Positions 27,052 through 39,000 of a stretch of DNA of 64,000 bases are shown here, piece after piece (positions within the stretch are counted from its first letter, which is position 1; each line of letters begins with the position of its first letter). Under the pieces are notes generated by a model, which worked only from the letters and a program-made list of their open reading frames with translations, had not been told where the DNA came from and did no database searches. Source of the stretch: Podarcis tiliguerta (lineage: Eukaryota); the NCBI GenBank assembly GCA_965153285.1, contig OZ229115.1; one strand, written 5' to 3'. Made by a program: the position numbers and the translations under genes.

Positions 27052-30000
27052 CATTATTATTTATATCCCGCCCTCCCCAGCCGAAGCCGGGCTCAGAGCA
27101 GCTAACAACAATAAAAGTAACACAGTTTACATAAAATCACAATCAATTAATTGAAATGCATTCTAAAATCAAATCATTCTAAAATCAATTTAAAATCAAA
27201 TTAATGGCAACCATTGGGCTAGAGTTCTGTGAGGATTACCAAAGGCCTGGTGGAACAGCTCTGTCTTGCAGGCCCTGCGGAAAGATGGCAATATAGAAGG
27301 GCTAGTTCTGGTACTGGAAGAACTGATTTCTGTTGGGTTGCTGCAAGGATCTCCCCCAGCCAGGGTCTCTACCTTGCTGATTGTGTGCATGGTATTACTT
27401 CAAGTTCAGGGTTTTTATTGTTCCTGATGTGCTGCATTAAAATGTAGGTCTTTGTGCTAAAAACAAACATTGAACGCCTGTGCTAGCAAAAGGTTTTCAC
27501 ATTTCTCTAAGCATGTTGAGCCATGGCTGGGATGGATGATCCACCCACGCAGGCAAGGAATCTTGCCTGTTTCTTCCAGGACCGAACGCTCTCCCGATCC
27601 CTCAGATTTCTCGTGTTAACTGTTAAGAGAGCCTCACGTTGATTCTTGGTGTTGTGGTCCCGCTTCTTTGTGCACACCTGACCTCTAGGCTCTCCCCCTG
27701 CCCCATGTACACTGATGCCCCACAGTCAGGAGACGACTCCATGACACGTGTCTTCTCTCTTGTCTATTGCAGTTCATGGATCTGTGCTGTCCCTGGCGTC
27801 GAGTGCTTCCTCCACGTACTCCTCAGTAAGCTGTGCTCCCTTCATCAGCGGGCCTGGCCTGCCCTTTGCTTTCTCTGTGCTGCAATTCCGACAGGCCATC
27901 CTTCCCTCTCTTCCTTCAACCCTGGATGTTCCCCTGCTGCAGTCTTTTCGAGTGATGGGGTGCTGTGCCGCTCTTTCAGGGCTTTGCGTGTAACCATGTG
28001 GGGAGGGGGGGGGAGGTGTGGCACAAATAAGCTGTTGTTGTGTTGCCACCAAGGAGTGTGGTGCATGTGGAAAGATTGCAGCGGAGGTGCTGGCTTCTCT
28101 GCATGGCTCCTCGCCTTTGCCTGTGAGTGCGCCTCTGCTACTTATGCCCTAACCGCCTGCCTCTCTCTGTCTCTCCTCTGCCCCACCATGTGCTGCCAGG
28201 CTGAGGAGAGGATGCAGTCTGAGGTACAGTAAGATTCTCTCTCTCTCTGTCCTCCCTACGGCTGCTTTGCTCTTGACCCATTGGTGGAGAGCAAAAGGGT
28301 CTATCTTGCTCCCTGACTCCTCCCTTTCTTTCTCTTTCTCCCTGATTGTAGCAAATCCGCAAACTGCGCCGTGAGTTGGAGTCATCCCAGGAGAAAGTGG
28401 CCACATTGACATCCCAGCTTTCAGCCAACGTGAGTTGCCCTGTGTTGTTAATCTGCCGCAAATGCTCCTCTCTCATAAACAAAATTTTGAACGATGCAAT
28501 TAAAGTAGCATTCAAAAATACCAAAGGAAAATGGAAGGCTAAAATAGGGAAAGGGGGGTGTGGGTCAAGGTGTTTCAGCCAAATAAACAGTGAATACAAA
28601 TATATGGTGTGATCACATTTTACACAGGGGTTCTGCATATAGGGTGTTTTGTTTGGGGTTTTTTTGTTTGTTATTTATATTATTTTTTGTATATTTATTT
28701 TCAGGTCTTATTATGATTTATGTGGAAATGGTTTCAGTTTGGTTGTGTGCTTTCTGATGTGTTTTATTTATTGCTTGTGGCTTTTGTTACATTTGTAATT
28801 ATGTAAACCTTGTCAAGTTGTAAGCCACCTTGAGCATGTTTTTTTTTTAAGTACGGAAAAGAGACATACAGATAAGATGATGATCTAGCTCAGTGGGTTG
28901 GAGCATGGTGCTGATAATGCCAAGGTTCCAAATTCGAGCCCCGCTGCGTATTCTTGCATTGCAGGGGGTTGGACTAGATGATCCTCAGGGTCCCTTCCAA
29001 CTATGCAATTCCTGGATTCTATATACATGGAAACATGTATACTCAAACCCTTGGAACTAGCCCTGCATGAGAATTCCCAGCCTTCCAGAGACAAAGTGCT
29101 GAACCCCTCTGCCCAAGCAAGGCAGGGAACTTAAACCCAGCTTTCTGTATTCAACATGGAATAGGAGCACCCTCTAGTGGATATTCAGTGTTTTGCTAGC
29201 TCAGTGTCTCTAAAACGTCTTGAGCTTGGGTCTTAGAATAAAGGAGAACAATAGATTGTATCTTTAATCTATCACAGCGGCAACTGCCTGTTCCACTGCA
29301 TAATGAGTAAATATTATTTCATGCAGTCGTGTGAGTGCAGCCCCTTCCTGTGTACCAGAAGTCACAGGATTAGAGTCCAGGGGACTAATTAAAAAGCTGC
29401 CATTAGAAAGGGGAAGAGAATTAGAAACACCATTAGAACACACCATTAGAACAAAGTTACGGCTTTCCCCAGATCAGAATGGGGCAGCCCAGTATGACTT
29501 AACAAACCCAGCCTGAATCATTGAGGATCCTCTTGCTAAGGAACATCCAACTACTCACGTGTTTTGGTTGGTGTGTGGCTATAGGATCCACCAGCCTCAA
29601 GACACTGTCCTCACCTGAAACTTTCCCCCCTTCACTTCAAGTTTTACACACCTCCCCGAAGGGGACCCACTCCACCTTGTTGAGAACAACTGTGTACAGA
29701 GTTGTAGTTTTCGAGACATCAGCCTTCTGCCATATACTTCTGCTGTAGAACCGCAATCCCTGATGGGAATAATGGGTTTAACTAGGAGCTCCCAGTATCT
29801 TGTGCTGCCTGATAAGCAATTAAGAATCTACAGAGCTGCATTAATACGAGGCCAGATTATGTGTCTGTTCTGACGGGCAGTTGCTCTCCAAGTAGTGAAA
29901 TATCATTCCCGTCATGCGCTGTGTGATCTTTTTGTAAGTGCAACTGAATCTGTGCAAATGACCTGCTTCATGCAGATCATGTGCTCTGCCACTGACCTGT

Positions 30001-33000
30001 GGGTCCCTCTGATTCCTTGTGACTCTGTTCCTTGTACTGGCATGTGGGCATATCACCCCTTTTCATTTTCCTTTCCAGGCAAACTTAGTAGCAGCCTTTG
30101 AGCAGAGCCTCGTGAACATGACTTCCCGTCTCCGACATCTTGCAGAGACTGCGGAAGAGAAGGTGAGTTTGAGGCAGTTGGCAGGGTCCATGGCTGACCA
30201 AGGTGGCTTGCTGTTGTTTCCTTTCTCCCACCTCCCCCTAGCATAGGTTTGCAGCAGAGCAATTAGTAAAATAATAAAACGCAAGGCATTCATCAGTTAT
30301 GCATCACCTTCTAGGACACTGAGCTGGTGGACTTGAGGGAGACAATTGATTTCTTGAAGAAAAAGAACTCGGAAGCCCAAGCTGTTATCCAAGGGGCCCT
30401 GAATGGAACAGACATTACACCCAAAGGTGAGCGCAGCCTTCAACACACACTCTCCTGGTGGATCTTTGGCTATGCAGCTGCCGAATGGTGGATTAGAGAC
30501 ATGGTGGACGGGATTGATTCCTTTTCCTGCTAGGAGCAAGGGAGGGAGCGGTTAGACATTGTGGTGTGGTGCTTGGATAAAATGCACTTTCACTGGAGCC
30601 AGTGGGAACACACACACTTTTACTGGTCTTTTAATATTTGAAGGGAGGTAAAGCAAGCAGCAGCCAGACGTAGAGCTGTACTGTGTAGGTTCTATGCCCA
30701 ACTTCCTCTTTCTCCTTCCCAGACATGGAGCCCTTGGTAATGAGAGTGGGAGAGAGATGGGGAAGCCTCATGCTTTCAGTCTCCATAATGTCACAATGAC
30801 TGTACTTGTGTGTGGCTTCCTCCTCCTTTGTTCTGAAATTGGAGCTCCTGGTTCTATAGATGGGAGCAGCCATCATTACCATTGTGTTAATGGGAAAAAC
30901 AGTACAGTGGTAAAGGCAGCTAAGAGTTACACTTCTCTCGCTGCCTTCTGGCATTGCACTGATGGGATGAAATTCCAGAGGAGTGGAAGGATGGGGGAAT
31001 GGAGTCATGGTGGTCCTGAACACTAGAAACTCCTGGGTATTTATTGACAAGACTGGATGAGCATGCCCAAGACAAGAGACCAAGCCATCATCGAATCTGA
31101 ATACATGCAGCTCCTCATCTTTCCTTATGGTCCCCAGATCTTGCCTGTCCCCAGATGCTGCCCTATGTGCTCCTTTCCCTACTATTCCCACTTCCTTGGG
31201 CCCTGCCTGACCTTAGATAAAAATGTTAGATTTGATTTGAGGTCTAGCCTGGGAACAAAGTACAGAGAAGACTCTTTTTTTGCTAGCTGTGTTTGGAACT
31301 GATGCTAAAAACAGAGAGGTGGTAGCTGATTACCTGGGTGCCTGCAAGAGCTTCCAGTCTGTCCACAGGTTTTGAATGCATCTCTCCCTCCTTCCCTTCC
31401 CTGTGACTCTCCAGAGCTGCGTATCAAGAGGCAGAACTCGTCGGACAGTATATCCAGCCTGAACAGCATCACCAGCCATTCTAGCATTGGCAGTGGCAAG
31501 GATGCAGATGCCAAGAAGAAGAAAAAGAAGAGCTGGGTAGGTCAAGGAGGAGGGGAAGTAACGGTGGGATCTACGTGGGGGTGAAACCCTGTTGTGTGTC
31601 TTGTCACAGTAGCTAGTATAATGGCAACTGGGGTTTCAGAGCTACTTGGCTCATGGAAGTACTATTGACTACTTACAGCAGATTTCTCTGCGAAAGAAAC
31701 TAGTTTGCATCTTTATTGCTCTTGAGGCCCAGTGGGAATATCCTTTAGCTCCCAAGCTAGATCCACTGGTAAGTGATAGGCGTCACTCATGAGGCCCATT
31801 AGACTTAATCATGGTATGGATGTGGTAGCCTAAAAGGGAGGCAGGGATGCTAACCTAGCGGTGATGGGATCACTAAAAAGAAAGAAAGTTGAGTTGTTGT
31901 TTTTTGTTTATTTTTTATTTTATTATTATTATTATTACAACACCATATGGACTTAAAATGTTTCTAGCATGCTTCAAGTTAAATGTCCTCTTTCCCAGAC
32001 ATGCAAACACCCCTCCAGTCTGAATAGCCTTAAAACATTGGGTGTTTTTGTGCTCTCATTCCAGCTGCCTATTTTGAGTCAGGATGAGATCAAAGGAAGC
32101 TTCAAAGTTTTTAAGGCTCCGCTTAAAAATATTGGGCAGTGGGATGGGGAGTAATTTGACCTGAACCTTTTTAGGAACATTTTAAGGTGCATATTAAATA
32201 AAGGTTTCGACTTTTAAAATTAATATTGCCTCACAGCTGGTTTTGCATGGCAAGTTTATGACTTGTGCAGCTGATGATACTCTTCCTTTCCATTTACACT
32301 AACCTTGCTGCCCTGCCTTTCCCCACTGCTCCCTAAAGCGGAGAGAGGCCACTTGCGCCCAACTCTCAGCTCAGTAGGTGTGCCGTCCTCTTAGGAAGGC
32401 TGGTGTAGAAGATTGTCCCAGTTTCTTTGTACTGCCTTGAGCCCCCACCCCATCCCCGCAGCTTGTTACAGGCAGGGAACCTGAGCTGAACGCATGATTA
32501 AGTCTTGCTGTGTTCTTTCTCCCCCCTTTCTTCCTTCAATGCTGACCCCCCAACCCCTTTTTTTCCAGGTGTATGAGGTAAGCTTGGAACTCCCTTCCCC
32601 ACCCCCAGCCCTACCCCTCCCTTTCACCAGTCCTTTCCCTGTGTCTTACTCCTGACTGGTCACTCCATTGTGTTGGGGACAGCACAGCACTCGTGGAACT
32701 AACCATCCCATTTGCTCTCGCACTTGCACTGCCAAGCCACACAGGAGGGGCCACTGCACTGGTGCTGCGGCAGGGGTGGGGTGGGGAGTTTCACGCCCCT
32801 TTTTGACATGGCTCTGAATCTATCCCTAATGCTACCCAGTCTTAACAGCTCTCCTAAAGGTCTAGAAAGTCACCAGGAAAAGAGGTTTCAAGAGTGGATT
32901 TTTGAAGTACTCAAGTGGAACAGTTTAATAATAATCACTGGTCAACAACAAATTTGTTGTCTGCGTTTTTTCAGTTGACTTAGGACGAATCTGATGCGCT

Positions 33001-36000
33001 GAATCCAAAAATCACATTGGTTTTGCTCAATCAGGTCAAGTTTTTGAGCTATGGCCACATGTCATTTTTTACGTTTTTGTTCACATGTACGCTTGTGTGG
33101 AGCGTTTTAGAAGAAGTTGGTGGGGGTAAAATGCCATGTCGAATAATTGTTTTGATTGGAAATGATTATTTTAATGACAAGTATTCCGGTCCGATAGTTC
33201 TGGGTGATTATGTCGAAAAGGGATCAGTTTGAAGTCATAAAACCTCGAAATCTTCCATAAATTGGTGCGGCTGGGATCAACAGAAAGAACCGGAGCAGCC
33301 TCAAGTATCCTGATCTTCAATCAGCACGTCGTCCTGTAGCTCATGGTGATGAAATTCCAGTGCCTATCTTCAGAGAGCTTCCTGACATTAGTGACGAAGA
33401 TGCCTCCAGTGTTGAAGGACATGAAGACGAAGAAGTGGTTCTTGAAGATGATGCTCCACATCCATTTTCCCAAAAGGAGTTGAATGATCTAGTTCGTGAC
33501 CTCAGCTTGTCAAAGGACTCTGCCGAACTGTTGGCATCCAGATTGAAGGAAAAAAACCTCCTCTCTGACAGTGCTCGCATCAGCTTCTTCCGCAACAGGC
33601 ATCAAGAGTACCTCCATTTTTTCTCGGAAGAGAAGGACTTGGTGTACTGTGCAGACATTGCGCAGCTTCTGCTCAAGCTTGGAGTGCCGCAGTATGAACC
33701 CAAAGATTGGAGACTGTTCATTGACAGCAGCAAGCGATCACTGAAATGTGTTCTGCTACACAACGGCAGCCAGTTAGCCTCTATACCCCTGGCTCACTTG
33801 AGTACACTGAAGGAGAACTATGAAGCGGTGAAGTATGTGCTGGAGAAAATTGGTTATGATCAGCATAAGTGGTTTATTTGTGTTGACCTGAAGATGGTGA
33901 ACTTTTTGTTGAGACAACAGTCTGGCTTCACCAAGTACCCATGTTTTCTGTGCATGTGGGATAGTAGGGACCGTGCTCAGCATTACACGAAGAAGGACTG
34001 GCCTGTGAGGGAGGAATTGGTGCCTTGCAAAGAAAGGAACATCATCAACGACCCTCTGGTGGACAGAGACAGAATACTCTTCCCACCGCTGCACATCAAG
34101 CTCGGCGTAATCAAGCAGTTCAGCAAGGCTCTGGACAAGGATGGTGACTGCTTCACTTACTTGTGCCAGGCTTTTCCAAGATTGACCATGGAGAAGTTGA
34201 AAGCTGGCATCTTTGACGGTCCTCAGATCCGTCAGCTCATCAGAGATCCAGAGTTCGGAAACTCAATGAACGAAGTGGAACTGGAAGCGTGGAAGGCATT
34301 TGTTCTGGTAGTGAAGAACTTTCTTGGCAACAATAAGGCCAGAAACTATGCAGAACTTGTCAACAACATGCTGACTGCTTTCAGAAACCTGGGCTGCAAC
34401 ATGAGCATCAAGATGCACTACCTATTTTCACATATGGACCGGTTTCATGAGAACCTGGGTTCAATGAGTGACGAGCAGGGGGAGAGATTCCATCAGGACA
34501 TGAAAGAGATGGAGATCAGGGTCGCTGGGACGCAGTCATGATGGCTGACTACTGTTGGACTCTGAAGAGAGACCTCCCTGCCGCTGAGCATTCCAGGAGT
34601 TCCAAGAAACGGAAGTTCAAGCCCTGAAGTTTGAAAAATGGTGAAGCAATATGCAATTTACGTGTACTTACCTTTATCAATGCCCACCATTCAGTTTACA
34701 GTAAACCTGACCTGATGGAGAGAAACGGATGTCATTTCCTGATTCAGCAGTGCAAAAATACCCTAAATCAGTTGTAGAAATCTAGACAACATTCAAAAAG
34801 TAAAAAATTGTAGCCCAGTGATAGTATCCTACCACTGCAGCAGTTTGGTTCTGTCCTGTCCCTCAACACTTAAGGGTTTTTTTAAACGCCTGCCCCTCAA
34901 ATATATATTTGGTTACTGCAGGCTGTACGTACCATCATCCTCCACACTCAGTTGTTGCAAGAGGAGGAAATATATCATAAGAATATTGATGAATGTGTTT
35001 AATATAGTCATTTCCCATGCTGGGAAATTGTCTATTTTTTTCCTTTGCAAATTGAACAGTTTCTCTTCTGTCAAGAGAACCCTCCAAATTCAGGAACTGT
35101 TTGCAGACATTGTTTGTGCCATAATGTAATCCATTCCACCCTGAAAACTTGTTGAAGAGTGAGGTATAAATCCCTTACAATTAAATAAATTAATGGATTA
35201 ATGAATCCACTCTCAGCAGTTTGGCTGTGGCTTCCAAATCCAGTCTAAACTTTGTTTGCATTTCTTTGTCTGTCTAGAGCAGACAAGGTTTCGTTGGGCC
35301 ATAAATTCCCAGCATCCCTGATCACTGGCTCTGCATACTGAGAGTCCCAGCAACTTCTGGGGTCGGGGATACAGGTTCCCCATCCATGTTCTAGAATTGC
35401 ACTCCTTAACAGCACACTCCTTTGCATGCACATCTGTTCAAAAATAAGCCTCACTGAACTCAGTGGGTCCTACTCCCAGGTAAGTGTGTACAGGACTGCA
35501 GCCTAAGTGGCCAGATGATGAGGTTCAATAGAGCATGGCGCCCACCCACCCACCCATTTCTGCCACACCATCTCATAGCTGCCGCAGGTCAGAGCAAGTC
35601 AGAGAGATGGAAAATAGAAAGTGATTTCTCACATGTACGACATGACAAGTGCTCTTTGAAGCCTCCTGAAAGGGTAGCAGAGGTTCAAGCTCTGAGACAG
35701 CTCCAGTCCCCTGGCCTCTTGTGTGCCCTCAGACTGGCTTGTGAGGTGGGTGGGTGGGTGGGAGGGAGGGAGATAGAAAAACCCAGTTCCAATAGTGCCT
35801 CCACCCATTACAGTGGCTATTCTCCCTGCTACTGTCTCAATACATGTGTGGATTGATGCCTGTTTTGTGTGCATGTTGCATGCTCCGCCTGAGCATTGTT
35901 GGGATCACAAGTTGACTATTCCCCTCAAGAGAAAAGCACACGGCTGTGTTGGTCTTGACTTGTTTCTCTGGCTTCTTCCTTTTCTGTAATATTGATTGAA

Positions 36001-39000
36001 CCATTACATGTTAGAAGAAGGAGGGCTGCTTCTCTGTAATCTCTCTTCAGCTGGATCTTGAGATGCAAGATAAACGACACAGATCTTAGCATCCCAGCCT
36101 AATTCCATTCCATTAATAATGGGGAAAGAGTTGCATATTTTGTGGAGAAGGAGAGCAGCCTGCCATTCTTACTTGTAGGTTTGGCAGGCCCTGAGGATTG
36201 GAGTGCCAAAGGAGAGGTGATGCTCTCTCATTGTATGAATCTGCTGTAAGCAAGTCCGGTTGGGCACATACAGGTTCCAAGTGCACAAATGCCACCAAGT
36301 CAGGAGAGCTCCTAGTTACAGCACCAATGACCAGAGGCAATATTGCTTGTTGTCTTCCCTGCTGCTATGAGTTCTTAGAATCATTGAACTGTAGAGTTGG
36401 AAGGGACCCAAAGAGGCATCTGAGCACAGGGAGTTAGATACCAGAACATCTAGAAGTTGGACGAAAAGTCCTACCATGGTAGTGGGTACAATCCTTTGTG
36501 AGATATGAAGTTATTCCACTCAACCCAGTGGTAAGTCGATGCCTCTATTAGTTACAGCAGCTGATACTTGGAATGTGGGACAAAAAGAATGTGACATTCT
36601 TTTAAGAATGTCACATTCCCTGGGTAGCAATTTATTTATTTATTGAATTATACCCCACTTTTCTTCTATGATGGAACCCATAGGGCTTCCATCCAGGCAG
36701 TGGCCAGACCTCCATAGCTTCAGCAAAGTTGCTGATGATGAAAGGGTTTGGGGTGGTCCACCTTCTCTCACTATCTACCCCTGCCCATAGGTTAAGCTAT
36801 AGTGCTCTGAAAAAGAATTGAGTAAGCTAGGATGGATGTTTGGGAAGTATAAATGGGCTTTTGCTCTTTCCAGGTAGGGCTGCAGTTATTGGTGTGAGGA
36901 GAACAGCAGCTAACTTTAGGCTGTCTTAACTTAGTCCTCACCCTCCCCTAAAAATGCAGATTTGCTTCGAGAGGTAGTAGTGATAGATTGTAAGTAGGTG
37001 TGCTGCCCACAGCAATCACCCCCTCCCCAATCCAAAACCTTCTCTACATAGTGGCATGCAGTACCACTATTTGTGTGCATGGATCAAGCTGCCAACTATA
37101 TTAGGCCACCACCACTCCTGCCTATTTAGAAAGATGCAAGAAGCCTGGAACACGCTGAATGAAAGGATATGTCCTTTTGCATGACAATGACAGCACTTCA
37201 GTGCATGGACTCAGCTGGTCGGTGGCATGTTGCGCTGGCTATTAATTGTTCTGCATGTTTGGACAAGTCCATGTCTTAGGCTGCTAAACTGCCCTTGTTT
37301 CCTTCCATATTAGATAGCGTAGGATATTGTATTTTACATTCCCACTCAGGATATGGAAAGAGAATCTGGCCTGTGTCTTCCTTCACAATCTTTGACAGAT
37401 CACTTATCCTTTAGGAACCACAGGCCATGCCTGTGTTTTGTATGTTCCTTGGTTCCTCCTTATATGTGTGATTTAAAAGTTAAGCTTCCCCAAGGGCTCA
37501 GATTTTTGGTTGCCAACCATGAGAGCTGCTGGGGGTTTTTTTGGTGATAGGAATAATAATACAGAATCCTTTTGGCTTCCTTGCCAGCAGTCTTTCATAA
37601 GTGACATAAGTGATTTTGCTCCCTGGAGTCTCAGAGCCCAAGCTATGGAACTGGCATGCTTGGAAACAGCAAGAATTGCTGCTGATTCCTTGTTCTGAGC
37701 ACTCTGGAATCTACTACTTGATTTCTTGGGGAGCATAATTAAGATGCACTTAACGCAAATTTGATACCTTGTGTCACTTCGGCTACCTTTATATGCTTGC
37801 ATTCAAGTTCTTGAAAGCCTGCTCAATAAAGGTAGATTTTTAAAATATATTCCATTCTGACAGTGCATGATTATAGAGGGAGTGGGAATTCTTAAAAAGT
37901 TGTGGGTATGGATCAATAATTAATTAAAACCAGGGGGATGGCTCTGTGTATATACTTTCTTTAAATAGGCTTTGTGCTTGGAGAGTATTACTGTAAAAAA
38001 TAGTGTCCTCTGGGGTGATGGGGTAGTATTAGAGCTTGGGTAAGAAGCAGACCAAAGGGGAAGCCAAGTTTCTGAGTGTCCTGAAAACTACGAACTGTTC
38101 ACAGCGTGCAGTATAACAGAGGTTAGATGGCACAGGCTGCCTCTGCCACCTCCTTGCCCCATGGTGCAGCATCCTCTGTTTTCCAGCAGTCAGCCTCAGA
38201 GGGCTTTTTCAAGCTTTTCTTGCTTCTCCATTTCCCCCTTCAGTTGAGGAGCTCTTTCAACAAGGCTTTCAGCATCAAGAAGGGCCCAAAATCTGCCTCC
38301 TCCTATTCTGACATAGAGGAGATCGCCACCCCAGATTCTTCCGCGCCATCGTCCCCCAAACTACAACATGGATCCACGGAGACAGCCTCGCCCTCCATCA
38401 AATCTTCCAACTCCTCTTCTGTGGGCATTGATAACACTGAGTAAGTCCACTCTCCAGGGAACGAAGTTAGGGGTGGCTGCAAGGACAAGTTGCACCTGGA
38501 AAAAACTTAAGTCTGCTGTGCCTTGTATCTGATCATATTGTACAGTATGCTGCAGGTTGCCTCAGGTTCCTGAAACTGTGATATGAACAATAAGAACCTT
38601 GTGGGGAGAGCACTAATCAGGTGGCTGAGTGACCATTTGCAGAGCACCTTTTCCAGTAATATGTATGCACTGGCGGGCAGGAGAGGACAGCAGTGAGCAA
38701 AGATTCAGAAGCAGCACTCCTCAGCTAGCCCAGGCTGGCCCATCCAGTTGCTACCATAGTCCTTGCTGGTGCTTGCAGACTTTTCCTTGCACCATGTCTA
38801 AATTTCTGCTCATCCTTTGCACAGGTTGTTCCAGGCCAATGAAGAAGAGGAGCCTGAGAAAAAGGAGGTCTCAGAGCTGCGCTCAGAGCTGTGGGAGAAG
38901 GAAATGAAACTGACCGACATACGTTTGGAGGCCCTAAACTCTGCCCATCAGCTGGACCAACTGCGCGAAACTATGCACAACATGCAGGTGGGCATGATGT

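Noticed and set aside
33261-33400. NAV1-transposase fusion by splicing from the VYE exon
   Set aside because: The plausible acceptors I checked (AGs ending 33323, 33339 and 33360) are phase 1, while the upstream donors are phase 0. No strong in-frame acceptor was found.
32930-34826. Target-site duplication of the Chapaev element
   Set aside because: The flanks (ataat| and |atagt) do not give a clean duplication, so none is claimed.
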